Virus record (IMG/VR): IMGVR_UViG_3300045006_000496
Span: 1-31,589 of that record
Length of the DNA: 31,589 bases
Direction: 5' to 3' (one strand)
DNA from: a virus
Lineage: Duplodnaviria; Caudoviricetes
The notes under the pieces were generated by a model that worked only from the letters and a program-made list of their open reading frames with translations, did no database searches and was not told the DNA's origin. Both the position numbers and the translations under genes were made by a program. This document shows positions 8,200-15,638 of the stretch, piece by piece. Within the stretch, counting starts at the first letter, position 1; the number at the start of each line of letters is the position of its first letter.

Positions 8200-8551
8200 G
8201 GCGTACCGTTGCCCAGGTACCAGAACGAAGTTCTTCTTGTGTAGATTTCGGTGTCGCTATAAGTAATTGACTATCATATACAATATCTCGATTACGTTCT
8301 AAATATGGTTTTTCCAGCAGATGTACATCTCCTTGTTTCCAGGCACGTTTTGCTTCGATTGCTGGCGGATGGATAACGAGAAAGATACCTAAATCTTTTG
8401 CTAGTTCGTGCGCTTGGGCGTCTGCTCCTATACAGTCGCCATGATGAAGCTCAACGACGTTGAGCTTTTGCAAAAGCTGCTGCATGGAGATACGCTGAGC
8501 TTCTGTCATTCCTTTTTGTGTACCAGTAAAACCTGCTACTACTTCTTGCAT
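8129..8551 (-). CDS. SLOG-superfamily (DprA/LOG/YspA-like) nucleotide-binding protein
   Basis: GFTGT, HHGDCIGAD, RNRDIV, SGTWATVRHA motifs. Confidence 0.75.
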   Translation of the reverse strand: MQEVVAGFTGTQKGMTEAQRISMQQLLQKLNVVELHHGDCIGADAQAHELAKDLGIFLVIHPPAIEAKRAWKQGDVHLLEKPYLERNRDIVYDSQLLIATPKSTQEELRSGTWATVRHARKLKKSVYLIFPSGEVRCERF

Positions 8552-8847
8552 ATTACTTCCTGTTCCCTTAGTTCAATCTGTTCTTTGAGCCATTGAGTCG
8601 CTTCTTTCCAGCGCCGATGATCTATTTCCGTGCCCAGCGTTTCCCCTCTTGCTTCGCAGAACCTAAGCTCTCTTTCAATTTCGTCAGCTATCTGAACAAT
8701 CTGATGGTCAAGCAAATATTCGCAATAATGCTTCAAAAGATCGTCGCAACACCAACCAACGATATAAGAACGTCTGCCCATGGAATAACGAACAGTGCTA
8801 AGCACCATCATCCAGAGATCATCTAGAGAAATGGCAATATTTCTCAT
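8539..8847 (-). CDS. hypothetical protein
   Basis: AGGAGG RBS, ATGA overlap; VRYSMGRRSY motif seen in phage proteins. Confidence 0.7.
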   Translation of the reverse strand: MRNIAISLDDLWMMVLSTVRYSMGRRSYIVGWCCDDLLKHYCEYLLDHQIVQIADEIERELRFCEARGETLGTEIDHRRWKEATQWLKEQIELREQEVICKK

Positions 8848-10076
8848 ATTGTTTCCTCCTTGGCGATTCCAATTTCTCGCAACGCCGAAAAGACCTTCTT
8901 CATTTGAGAAGGTTCAAATTTCTTGCTTAGAGCCTTCATCACTTCTCTCTTTCCGTGTTCCTGCCAAAAACAACCGCAGGCATCATAAGCTTTTTGGACT
9001 TCTGCCCTCCACTGGACCTTAGTATACACATCAGCTATCACCTTGTCAAGGCGATTTTGCGAAGACGCTATTTGATGAGGCAAGAAATCTTCTAGAAGCA
9101 GTTTTTTTAATGTCTCGGAAGTCAATTCTTGTCCCGCTTCCAGCACTTTCCAAGCAGCAGACGCAAGAACGTTCTTTAAAATACCTCCGGTAGCCCAATG
9201 AAGCTCTTCTATGCTTTCGGGCTTATTCTTGAACTGATGCCATTGACCAGAAGATTCCTGCACATAGAAGACATAGCCTTCAATTCCTTCTATGTTTTCT
9301 TCTTCATTTTGAAGCACCTTCTTGTTGTTCTTTTCTGTTTCTTCACGAAGACGTTGATATGTAGGAATAAGCTGATCTTGCGAGCGAATAACGTCAGACG
9401 CCTTAAGCAAATATGGCTCTGCTTTAGTTGTAACATTACGAAATGTTGATAATGCAGAAGGCGGAAGAATATTGCCTGTTTTCTGTTCAATAGCAAAAAG
9501 GAATCTGGTTGCTAGCGGCTCTTGATATATTACAAGATGCTTATTGCGATGACCATACAATTCAAAAGAAAGCGCAAGCTCTCCAGAACGAGCAAGGTTG
9601 CAAAGTTCCGAGAGACCCGAATCGGCTGTTTGAAGCTCTCTCCACAAAGAGGCAAAATTACCAAAGGTTCCATCTTGATCTTGTAGAACCGGCTGCAAAC
9701 GAGTCTTAAATGTTATAAACCTTTCGCCAAAAGGATCAACATAGGAATAACAGCATATATTTGTTCCGTCCAACTTAGGATAAACTTCCACCTTCTGTAC
9801 ATCTTTGGGAAAATGATATTGTCGTTCCTGATGTTCATCTGTCTTACCAAAAGGATAATGAATCTTGGGTGTAGCAAGAATGATCTGGGGTATATTATAA
9901 ATTATATGATTAATCTTGTAAATAACAAGAGCACCATATCTAATGTCTGTATGTCGGCAAAGATAACCAGCTAATTTGTTTTTTGGATTAAAAGTATCCT
10001 GAACTTCAAATGCCTGAAGCTCGTCTTCTGGTACCTGCAAAAGGTGTGCTGCACGCTGCAAATTAAAAGTAGCCAA
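8844..10076 (-). CDS. second ATP-dependent RNA ligase-like nucleotidyltransferase
   Basis: PKLDGTN (I), KTR, FELYG (III), EGYV (IV), KNK (V); start moved to TTG 10076 (AAGGA RBS) because ATG 10121 lies inside tRNA-Leu. Confidence 0.75.
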   Translation of the reverse strand: MATFNLQRAAHLLQVPEDELQAFEVQDTFNPKNKLAGYLCRHTDIRYGALVIYKINHIIYNIPQIILATPKIHYPFGKTDEHQERQYHFPKDVQKVEVYPKLDGTNICCYSYVDPFGERFITFKTRLQPVLQDQDGTFGNFASLWRELQTADSGLSELCNLARSGELALSFELYGHRNKHLVIYQEPLATRFLFAIEQKTGNILPPSALSTFRNVTTKAEPYLLKASDVIRSQDQLIPTYQRLREETEKNNKKVLQNEEENIEGIEGYVFYVQESSGQWHQFKNKPESIEELHWATGGILKNVLASAAWKVLEAGQELTSETLKKLLLEDFLPHQIASSQNRLDKVIADVYTKVQWRAEVQKAYDACGCFWQEHGKREVMKALSKKFEPSQMKKVFSALREIGIAKEETI

Positions 10077-10094
10077 TTTATTTCCTTTCGTCTG

Positions 10095-10176
10095 TGCGGT
10101 AGAGAGGATTCGAACCTCCATGACTTACGCAGTGCGTTCTAAGCGCACCCCCTGCTACCAGTTCGGGTACTACCGC
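10095..10176 (-). tRNA. trnL: tRNA-Leu(UAG)
   Basis: GCGGTAG/CTACCGC acceptor, GTGCG-CTTAGAA-CGCAC, variable arm, GGTTCGAATCC. Confidence 0.92.
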
Positions 10177-10177
10177 A

Positions 10178-10282
10178 TCAATGAAATTTCTTCCAGAACT
10201 TATATATTAGGACACAAATACCTAGCATCATTAAGCCACCCAGTACGGCACCACTAAAAACAAAAAAGAATTCAGCTACCAT
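10178..10282 (-). CDS. 34-aa single-pass membrane peptide
   Basis: MVAEFFFVFSGAVLGGLMMLGICVLIYKFWKKFH; coupled to the upstream ORF via ATGGTAG. Confidence 0.55.
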   Translation of the reverse strand: MVAEFFFVFSGAVLGGLMMLGICVLIYKFWKKFH

Positions 10283-10395
10283 TGTTTATTCTTGTTCCAG
10301 AGTAGGAACACCAAGAGATCAACACCCCACCCCAATACGATGCTCAGCGCAACACCCAGTACAGCTATGCCCCAAATAGAAAAGATATTTACCAT
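10276..10395 (-). CDS. 39-aa membrane peptide
   Basis: AAGGAG RBS behind a promoter; MVNIFSIWGIAVLGVALSIVLGWGVDLLVFLLWNKNKQW. Confidence 0.55.
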   Translation of the reverse strand: MVNIFSIWGIAVLGVALSIVLGWGVDLLVFLLWNKNKQW

Positions 10396-10415
10396 CGTTC
10401 TCATTCTCCTTTTTC

Positions 10416-10444
10416 ATTAGAACACAGCGTCGCTCACTTGTCAA
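10416..10444 (-). promoter_or_regulatory. sigma70-like early promoter
   Basis: AAAAAGTTC-TTGACA-N17(ending TGTGT)-TCTAAT. Confidence 0.65.
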
Positions 10445-10463
10445 GAACTTTTTGCTTTAGTAG

Positions 10464-10537
10464 AGCGGAAGACGGAACTCGAACCCTTTTACGAGGTCCG
10501 GCTTATGAGACCAACATGCCTATCCCAGGCACCCCGC
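10464..10537 (-). pseudogene. chimeric/degenerate tRNA-Met(CAU)-like gene
   Basis: TTGGT-CTCATAA-GCCGG anticodon arm; the 3' part is a copy of the tRNA-Gly 3' end, so the T and acceptor stems pair poorly. Confidence 0.6.
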
Positions 10538-10542
10538 ATCTG

Positions 10543-10614
10543 TAGGCGATACTGGATTTGAACCAGTAACTTCCACCTTGTAAGAGTGGCACTCTCCCAT
10601 TGAGTTAATCGCCT
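10543..10614 (-). tRNA. trnV: tRNA-Val(UAC)
   Basis: AGGCGAT/ATCGCCT acceptor, CCACT-CTTACAA-GGTGG, GGTTCAAATCC. Confidence 0.93.
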
Positions 10615-10617
10615 GTA

Positions 10618-10703
10618 GTTGTCTCTGCACGGGATCGAACCGTGTTTCCACCGGAATCGAACCGGCAAGCTTCGTCAAGCCAGGAACCACTCCCAGAGAC
10701 AAC
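10618..10703 (-). ncRNA. tRNA-like RNA with two T-arm-like hairpins
   Basis: 10-bp closing stem GTTGTCTCTG/CAGAGACAAC; hairpins GCCGG-TTCGATT-CCGGT and CACGG-TTCGATC-CCGTG. Confidence 0.65.
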
Positions 10704-10705
10704 AG

Positions 10706-10778
10706 TAGGTCCGACTGGATTTGAACCAGCAACTTCCGCCTTATCAGAGCGGCGCTCTACCAATTGAACTACAGACCC
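10706..10778 (-). tRNA. trnI: tRNA-Ile(GAU)
   Basis: GGGTCTG/CGGACCT acceptor, CCGCT-CTGATAA-GGCGG, GGTTCAAATCC. Confidence 0.93.
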
Positions 10779-10784
10779 TTTTCC

Positions 10785-10819
10785 AACAGTCGAATGCTCC
10801 ATTGTTGAACTACACCGGA
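10785..10819 (-). pseudogene. 5' half of a tRNA-Asn(GUU)
   Basis: TCCGGTG-TAGTTCAACAATGGAGC-A-TTCGA-CTGTT, ending right after the anticodon. Confidence 0.65.
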
Positions 10820-10842
10820 ATATCATTAATAAGTGATTATAG

Positions 10843-10915
10843 CGGGTCAAGCGGGAGTTACACCCGCGACAGCCGGATTAAAAGTCCGGTACACTACTAA
10901 CTGCGTCACTGATCC
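10843..10915 (-). tRNA. trnK: tRNA-Lys(UUU), atypical second copy
   Basis: CCGGA-CTTTTAA-TCCGG; T-arm GCGGG-TGTAACT-CCCGC; one acceptor mismatch. Confidence 0.7.
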
Positions 10916-10984
10916 CGCTTGGATCTTCTTTGCAAAGAGCGCTCGTGAACTATTCCCAGATACTACAACCAAGCCTGTTAGTAG

Positions 10985-11056
10985 AGCGGAAGACGGGACT
11001 CGAACCCGCAACACCGACCCTGGCAAGGTCAGACTCTACCTTTGAGATACTTCCGC
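10985..11056 (-). tRNA. trnG: tRNA-Gly(GCC)
   Basis: GCGGAAG/CTTCCGC acceptor, U73, TGACC-TTGCCAG-GGTCG, GGTTCGAGTCC. Confidence 0.92.
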
Positions 11057-11091
11057 ACATCGAATTCATTCATCTTATCCTAGACAAACAG

Positions 11092-11165
11092 CAGGAGCGA
11101 CGAGACTTGCACTCGCTTTCTCTGGCGTGACAGACCAGCATCTCGACTACTTCGACCTCGCCCCT
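11092..11165 (-). tRNA. trnD: tRNA-Asp(GUC), atypical
   Basis: AGGGGCG/CGCTCCT acceptor, G73, CTGGT-CTGTCAC-GCCAG; A at position 8 and TGCAAGT T-loop. Confidence 0.75.
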
Positions 11166-11223
11166 ATCAAGAAGGACAGCCCGCGCTGGCGTTCTCAAAG
11201 GAAACACACGGGAGCTACCTTCT

Positions 11224-11301
11224 TGGCTCTGGTGGCTGGAATCGAACCAGCGACTTTCGGTTTAACAGACCGATGCTCTAACCTAGCTGAGCTACACCAG
11301 A
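11224..11301 (-). tRNA. trnN: tRNA-Asn(GUU)
   Basis: TCTGGTG/CACCAGA acceptor, TCGGT-CTGTTAA-ACCGA, encoded GCCA end. Confidence 0.95.
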
Positions 11302-11306
11302 ATGTA

Positions 11307-11471
11307 TTATTCTTCCTGATTTCTAAAACTACGACAGGCACGTTTATTTTTCTTTTTCTTTCTATCCTCGAAATAAACAGCCCTGCCCCTCCATTGTGCA
11401 AGATCGCCATTCCGCTCAAAATGAGCACGCCGGGCGGCAGCTTGTTCAATTTTCTTACGCTTCTTTTTCAT
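11307..11471 (-). CDS. 54-aa highly basic protein between two tRNAs
   Basis: MKKKRKKIEQAAARRAHFERNGDLAQWRGRAVYFEDRKKKKNKRACRSFRNQEE fills the tRNA-Leu/tRNA-Asn gap. Confidence 0.6.
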   Translation of the reverse strand: MKKKRKKIEQAAARRAHFERNGDLAQWRGRAVYFEDRKKKKNKRACRSFRNQEE

Positions 11472-11472
11472 A

Positions 11473-11558
11473 TGGTGCCTACAGAGGGATTCGAACCCTC
11501 ATGGCTTTCGCAGATCATTTTGAGTGATCCCCCTGCTACCGATTTCGGGTATGTAGGC
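11473..11558 (-). tRNA. trnL: tRNA-Leu(CAA)
   Basis: GCCTACA/TGTAGGC acceptor, GATCA-CTCAAAA-TGATC, variable arm, encoded CCA. Confidence 0.93.
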
Positions 11559-11559
11559 A

Positions 11560-11784
11560 TTAGATCACAGATATAGGAAATAAGTACTCCTGAAAAATAT
11601 CATGACATATACCCTTTGGACGGAGCAGATTAGCCTGCCATCCTCCATTAGCATAATATGCTTTAATGATTATACCACTACACATACTCCTGTTTTCGTT
11701 TTCCATCCATTTACACGCATCACAATAGACCGCATCTCCTATGCGATACTTTTGTTTATCTGAAGGAAAATGTCGTTTCTTCAT
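11560..11784 (-). CDS. hypothetical protein, SH3/KOW-like
   Basis: Start moved to ATG 11784, downstream of the promoter; KYRIGDAV motif. Confidence 0.5.
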   Translation of the reverse strand: MKKRHFPSDKQKYRIGDAVYCDACKWMENENRSMCSGIIIKAYYANGGWQANLLRPKGICHDIFQEYLFPISVI

Positions 11785-11790
11785 AAGCTC

Positions 11791-11819
11791 ATTAGAACAC
11801 AAGCTGGCGTCCTTGTCAA
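11791..11819 (-). promoter_or_regulatory. sigma70-like promoter upstream of the tRNA cluster
   Basis: TTGACA-N17(ending TGTGT)-TCTAAT, same -10 context as the 10416-10444 promoter. Confidence 0.65.
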
Positions 11820-12670
11820 GCAAAATTTTCAGGCTGAATCTGACTTGTCCTGGCAAGACAGTATACTATATCCTGATCATACTCCGTTTCATAAACTCCA
11901 TAAGAAAACTTGTTGTCGCTTATATTTTTGTCAAGAATCATCTGAATTTTCTTTTTCAACTCCAGATCTTCAGCAAGACGCCTTTTGTTTATTCCGCAAT
12001 AATATTCTTTCTCTGCTATATGCCGCAATGGATACAAAAGCTGTTCTTGTTCTCTCTTTAAATTTACGATACCCAGTGTCTCTATTCTGGCATGATCTGT
12101 TCTTTGGGAAAGAACACCCAATACGGATTCGTTGCGCTGAAATACGTTGATCATGTGAAAAAGAGAGACTATGGCTTCATTGGCTTTTTTGTGATACTCT
12201 GATATTGAAACATCCTCCAATATCAAATCAACAGCAGCATTATCTATCAATATTAATCTTTCAAAAATACCAGAACGAGCGTATTCTTGAAATACATTGA
12301 AGGTTGTTCGTTCCTGCTGAAAGCTGGCTCCGGCAAGAGCCCTTCGATTTGGACGAAGATAAAAAACATTGAGCTTACAGCTTTTAAACTGCTCTAATAA
12401 AACCAGAGACATACCAGATATTGTTCCACCACCTGCAAGAAAAAGCCAGACTTCATCTTCTGATAACAGATTTATACCAAGCTTCTCTTTTATGTCTCTT
12501 GGACATTGATGCTCATAAGCTTCCGGCTTTATTTGAGGTACTACCTGATAATGATTAGCATTCTTTTTTGCAGCACTATCAATGGTATATACTTTATAAG
12601 GCTGATAAGTTAATAGTTTATCAGCCAATCTTCCTCCAGCACCACCGAGACCTAAAATATATATGCTCAT
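11816..12670 (-). CDS. tubulin/FtsZ-superfamily GTPase (PhuZ/TubZ-like, divergent)
   Basis: ILGLGGAGGRLA N-terminal loop, TIDS, AGGGTISG signature variant, ILIDN, KANEAI. Confidence 0.78.
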   Translation of the reverse strand: MSIYILGLGGAGGRLADKLLTYQPYKVYTIDSAAKKNANHYQVVPQIKPEAYEHQCPRDIKEKLGINLLSEDEVWLFLAGGGTISGMSLVLLEQFKSCKLNVFYLRPNRRALAGASFQQERTTFNVFQEYARSGIFERLILIDNAAVDLILEDVSISEYHKKANEAIVSLFHMINVFQRNESVLGVLSQRTDHARIETLGIVNLKREQEQLLYPLRHIAEKEYYCGINKRRLAEDLELKKKIQMILDKNISDNKFSYGVYETEYDQDIVYCLARTSQIQPENFA

Positions 12671-12676
12671 TTTTTC

Positions 12677-13906
12677 CTATAGACGATATTCTGTTTGATA
12701 TTCACCATAATGCTTCTTAAAGATTCTGGCACGCACCTTTAATTCTCCTAATCGCGTATTCTTCATGGTACGCATTATCTCTTTGATGAGATTTTTATCT
12801 TCTTCTGCAAAATCCAAAAGAAGAGCATCGTGCATAGAAAAAACAATTCTAGAACGTTTTTGTGCTAATAATTTATCCACCTGCACCATCTGTTCATTCA
12901 TGATATCCGCAGCCGTGCTCTGCACAATATAAGGTATAGCATGAAACTCATCCACGTTTTCTATTTTTCTTCCAAAAAGAGTATTAACCTCTTGTTTATC
13001 CTTGTTCCAAAAAAGCTCTTTAAGCTCGCTACCACAATAAATAGTTTCAAGTTCTGACTGCAACGCAGAAGAACCATAAAGCCAGTGCATAATAGCCTGC
13101 TTAGCTGCTTCTCGTGTAGGCATGTTCCAAAGCCGCTGGTGCCAAGCATGCAAATCGCCTTCAGGCAAAGGCTGTCCAAGCAATCGCAAGAAACATGACG
13201 GCTCAAAAGCAGAAAAGTCTAGTTCTATTAATAGGTCGTTGCGCGGCACCAAACATGCACGCAATTCCTTATCAAAAGAAAGGACAGGAAAGCTGCTTTT
13301 TTGTGTTTTAAGTCTTCCTGTGCGGCTAGTAAAAATATCATAACAAACATAAGGCTCAGCAGCTATAAGTCTTCGTGCTCTCTTGGATAAAATGTGCTGC
13401 TGAATGTTGCCAAAATTCAAATTAAGCTTCTGTTTGGCTAGCTTATAGCTCAGCTTCCAAAGATTCAACATTAAATCATAATTTGTCGGCGATCTGTAAT
13501 TTTCATAAACATGCTGTATAATTTTTGTCTGCAACGCCAAATATCTGAATATAAGCTCCTCTGGTATAGCTTGATATTTGCAAAGATCTGACATAGTAAG
13601 AGATATTTTAATTTCATAAAAAGAACGCAAAAAAGCCTCTATACGCGATGTTACTTCTTGCCACTCCCCCCCTAGTTCCGAAGGGCAAACGTCGCCTACG
13701 CACCTTCCTGCGCAGCGTAGCTTCATGTATTCAACCGGAAAGGATATTGAATCCAGTGCAGGTAAATATTGCCAGGTCACAATATGATCATTTGCAGCAA
13801 TTGCTGCAAAATTAGCATCTGAAAGTCCCCTTTCACACAGGGATAGTTTGCCGTTCTGCCAAAAATATAGACATCCTTCAGATCCGCCAAGAAAAGAACA
13901 AAACAT
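12677..13906 (-). CDS. polA: family A DNA polymerase, short polymerase-domain form
   Basis: RTGRL, motif A ELDFSAFEP, motif B REAAKQAIMHWLYG, YIVQSTAADI, motif C MHDALLLD. Confidence 0.85.
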   Translation of the reverse strand: MFCSFLGGSEGCLYFWQNGKLSLCERGLSDANFAAIAANDHIVTWQYLPALDSISFPVEYMKLRCAGRCVGDVCPSELGGEWQEVTSRIEAFLRSFYEIKISLTMSDLCKYQAIPEELIFRYLALQTKIIQHVYENYRSPTNYDLMLNLWKLSYKLAKQKLNLNFGNIQQHILSKRARRLIAAEPYVCYDIFTSRTGRLKTQKSSFPVLSFDKELRACLVPRNDLLIELDFSAFEPSCFLRLLGQPLPEGDLHAWHQRLWNMPTREAAKQAIMHWLYGSSALQSELETIYCGSELKELFWNKDKQEVNTLFGRKIENVDEFHAIPYIVQSTAADIMNEQMVQVDKLLAQKRSRIVFSMHDALLLDFAEEDKNLIKEIMRTMKNTRLGELKVRARIFKKHYGEYQTEYRL

Positions 13907-13939
13907 AAATCCTACTTCTACCAGAAATAGTTATGCGCT

Positions 13940-14146
13940 TCACGAAGAACCTGAAACGGACTTTTTACATCCATAATCTGTTTTGTACCAACCAGTGCCT
14001 TTGAGGCGAAAACTAGATAAAGAAATTTGTTTTTCTACTTTTTTGTTACCGCACTTCTCGCAACAAATCTCCAAACCATCTACGTGATTGACCCATTTAT
14101 CAAAACGACAACCACAAGCCGGACAATAGTATTCATAAATTGGCAT
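13940..14146 (-). CDS. FmdB-family zinc-ribbon protein
   Basis: MPIYEYYCxxC...CxxC...SFRLKGTGWYKTDY. Confidence 0.85.
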   Translation of the reverse strand: MPIYEYYCPACGCRFDKWVNHVDGLEICCEKCGNKKVEKQISLSSFRLKGTGWYKTDYGCKKSVSGSS

Positions 14147-14154
14147 GCATGCTC

Positions 14155-15495
14155 CTAAAACTGAAAGGGAGAGACCGTATGTGCTTCATCAAGCACGCTT
14201 TGAATAGCTTTTTGATCCGTAATGATTGGTACAGATAGATAACTTGTTGGTTTTTGATAAACATTGATATTAATATATCCTATAGCAGCAGCTAAAGATT
14301 CACGATATAAATATTGCAAGCTTGTTTGCACAATCTTGTCATATTGCACCTGAGACCACCTTTGTCCTGTTTCTTTGCCTCGCACATAAACATAAAGCCT
14401 GAGCCACCAAGAAAGAGGATAACGCTCTTCTAGTTCTTCTGCGGTTAGCTTAACACGGCGAACCATGGATGTTAAGAAAGCTGAAGATGCTGTATCTTTC
14501 TGCGTGTTTATCTCCGAGGAAATTGCAAAAGGGTGTGAAATAGCATAAGAGTTCCAAAAAGCAAGCAAATAGGTCTTCAAAAGCCTGTTACCAACTTGTT
14601 CTTGTTTTGGTATTACATCTAGGTCGGCAATAGAAACAGGAATATAGGCATCTTCATATATCGTGTCTGGAGACGTTTTATATCTTTTTAGATATTTTAT
14701 CATCTGAGGGGATGCAATATTAGCCACTAGTCGCCAGGGTGCATTTTTGTCTATCTGAAAACCGTAAAGTTCGGCGACATCTCGATAATGATAGAACTGT
14801 TTATCCGCCAATAAGGTTTTATATTTAATAAAATCGTTTCCGTGAAGCATCTTCTTGGTTTCTATCATTAAACCCGAGCACATTGGAGAACAAAAACGGC
14901 TGCTTATAAATTGTGTTCTAGTAATAGGAAAGACCAAAGCTACTCTATCAATAAAATCAAGCCAGTGTCTCAGAAAATCAGAAAAATTGTGTATCTTCTT
15001 GCCTAGATGTCTTTTTTCAATATAGTTATTAATACACACATCATAAAGGACAGCCATGTGTTCGTGATATGCTTTTGTGGGACTGCTATATCCTCCAACA
15101 GCTTGAATATCCTGGAAAGCTGAGCCCTTCAAAGATTTGCCTGTTCCTATGCGTTCATCAAGCAAAAAATGTTTACGAAAATCATCAAATGCGTCGGCTA
15201 CAAAATGCAAAGTCAAAATGGTCTCTTTGGTATTAGCCAATTGTCGCAAATGTTTCTCATCTACCAGAATCGGCATGTTTTCTTTGTTAAATCTACCATA
15301 TAAGAAATCATTAGCATTATACCAAGCATCGTATGGTTGTGCTCCCTGCTGGGGATAAATGTCATCTCGATAATGTTTTCTATGAAGAAAAATGGCTTTG
15401 GCTGTTAAAGCATTATTGCCGAGGGGGGGCACAAGACGAAAAGACTCTCTCTCAAAACCAAACGCAACAAGATCTAGAGACTGCCATTTATCCAT
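14155..15495 (-). CDS. hypothetical protein, distal gene of the tail operon
   Basis: 446 aa ORF; YGFQIDKNAPWRLVAN segment; function unknown. Confidence 0.75.
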   Translation of the reverse strand: MDKWQSLDLVAFGFERESFRLVPPLGNNALTAKAIFLHRKHYRDDIYPQQGAQPYDAWYNANDFLYGRFNKENMPILVDEKHLRQLANTKETILTLHFVADAFDDFRKHFLLDERIGTGKSLKGSAFQDIQAVGGYSSPTKAYHEHMAVLYDVCINNYIEKRHLGKKIHNFSDFLRHWLDFIDRVALVFPITRTQFISSRFCSPMCSGLMIETKKMLHGNDFIKYKTLLADKQFYHYRDVAELYGFQIDKNAPWRLVANIASPQMIKYLKRYKTSPDTIYEDAYIPVSIADLDVIPKQEQVGNRLLKTYLLAFWNSYAISHPFAISSEINTQKDTASSAFLTSMVRRVKLTAEELEERYPLSWWLRLYVYVRGKETGQRWSQVQYDKIVQTSLQYLYRESLAAAIGYININVYQKPTSYLSVPIITDQKAIQSVLDEAHTVSPFQF

Positions 15496-15520
15496 GTGCT
15501 TAAATTCTAGTTAACCTTTC

Positions 15521-15638
15521 CTGTGAAAGCATCCACATAAGAATTTCTATCTTCTATCACCCGCCGTGCTACAGCCTTTCGAGGATAACCGGAGCGACCT
15601 CTATGAAAGCATCCACATAAGAATTTCTATCTTCTGTC
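15521..15638. repeat. 38-bp direct repeat (32-bp exact core) flanking a 42-bp GC-rich insert
   Basis: TGAAAGCATCCACATAAGAATTTCTATCTTCT at 15524-15555 and 15604-15635. Confidence 0.95.

Noticed and set aside
10077-10121. ATG 10121 as the ligase start
   Set aside because: It lies inside tRNA-Leu(UAG); TTG 10076 has a proper RBS.
10520-11449. Minus-strand ORFs 10520-10732, 10605-10850 and 11195-11449
   Set aside because: They overlap well-formed tRNA genes; a better 54-aa ORF (11307-11471) explains the non-tRNA part.
11816-12670. Evidence for a nucleus-forming phage
   Set aside because: A tubulin-like gene alone is insufficient; no chimallin-like gene is recognisable and the tail genes are T4-like.
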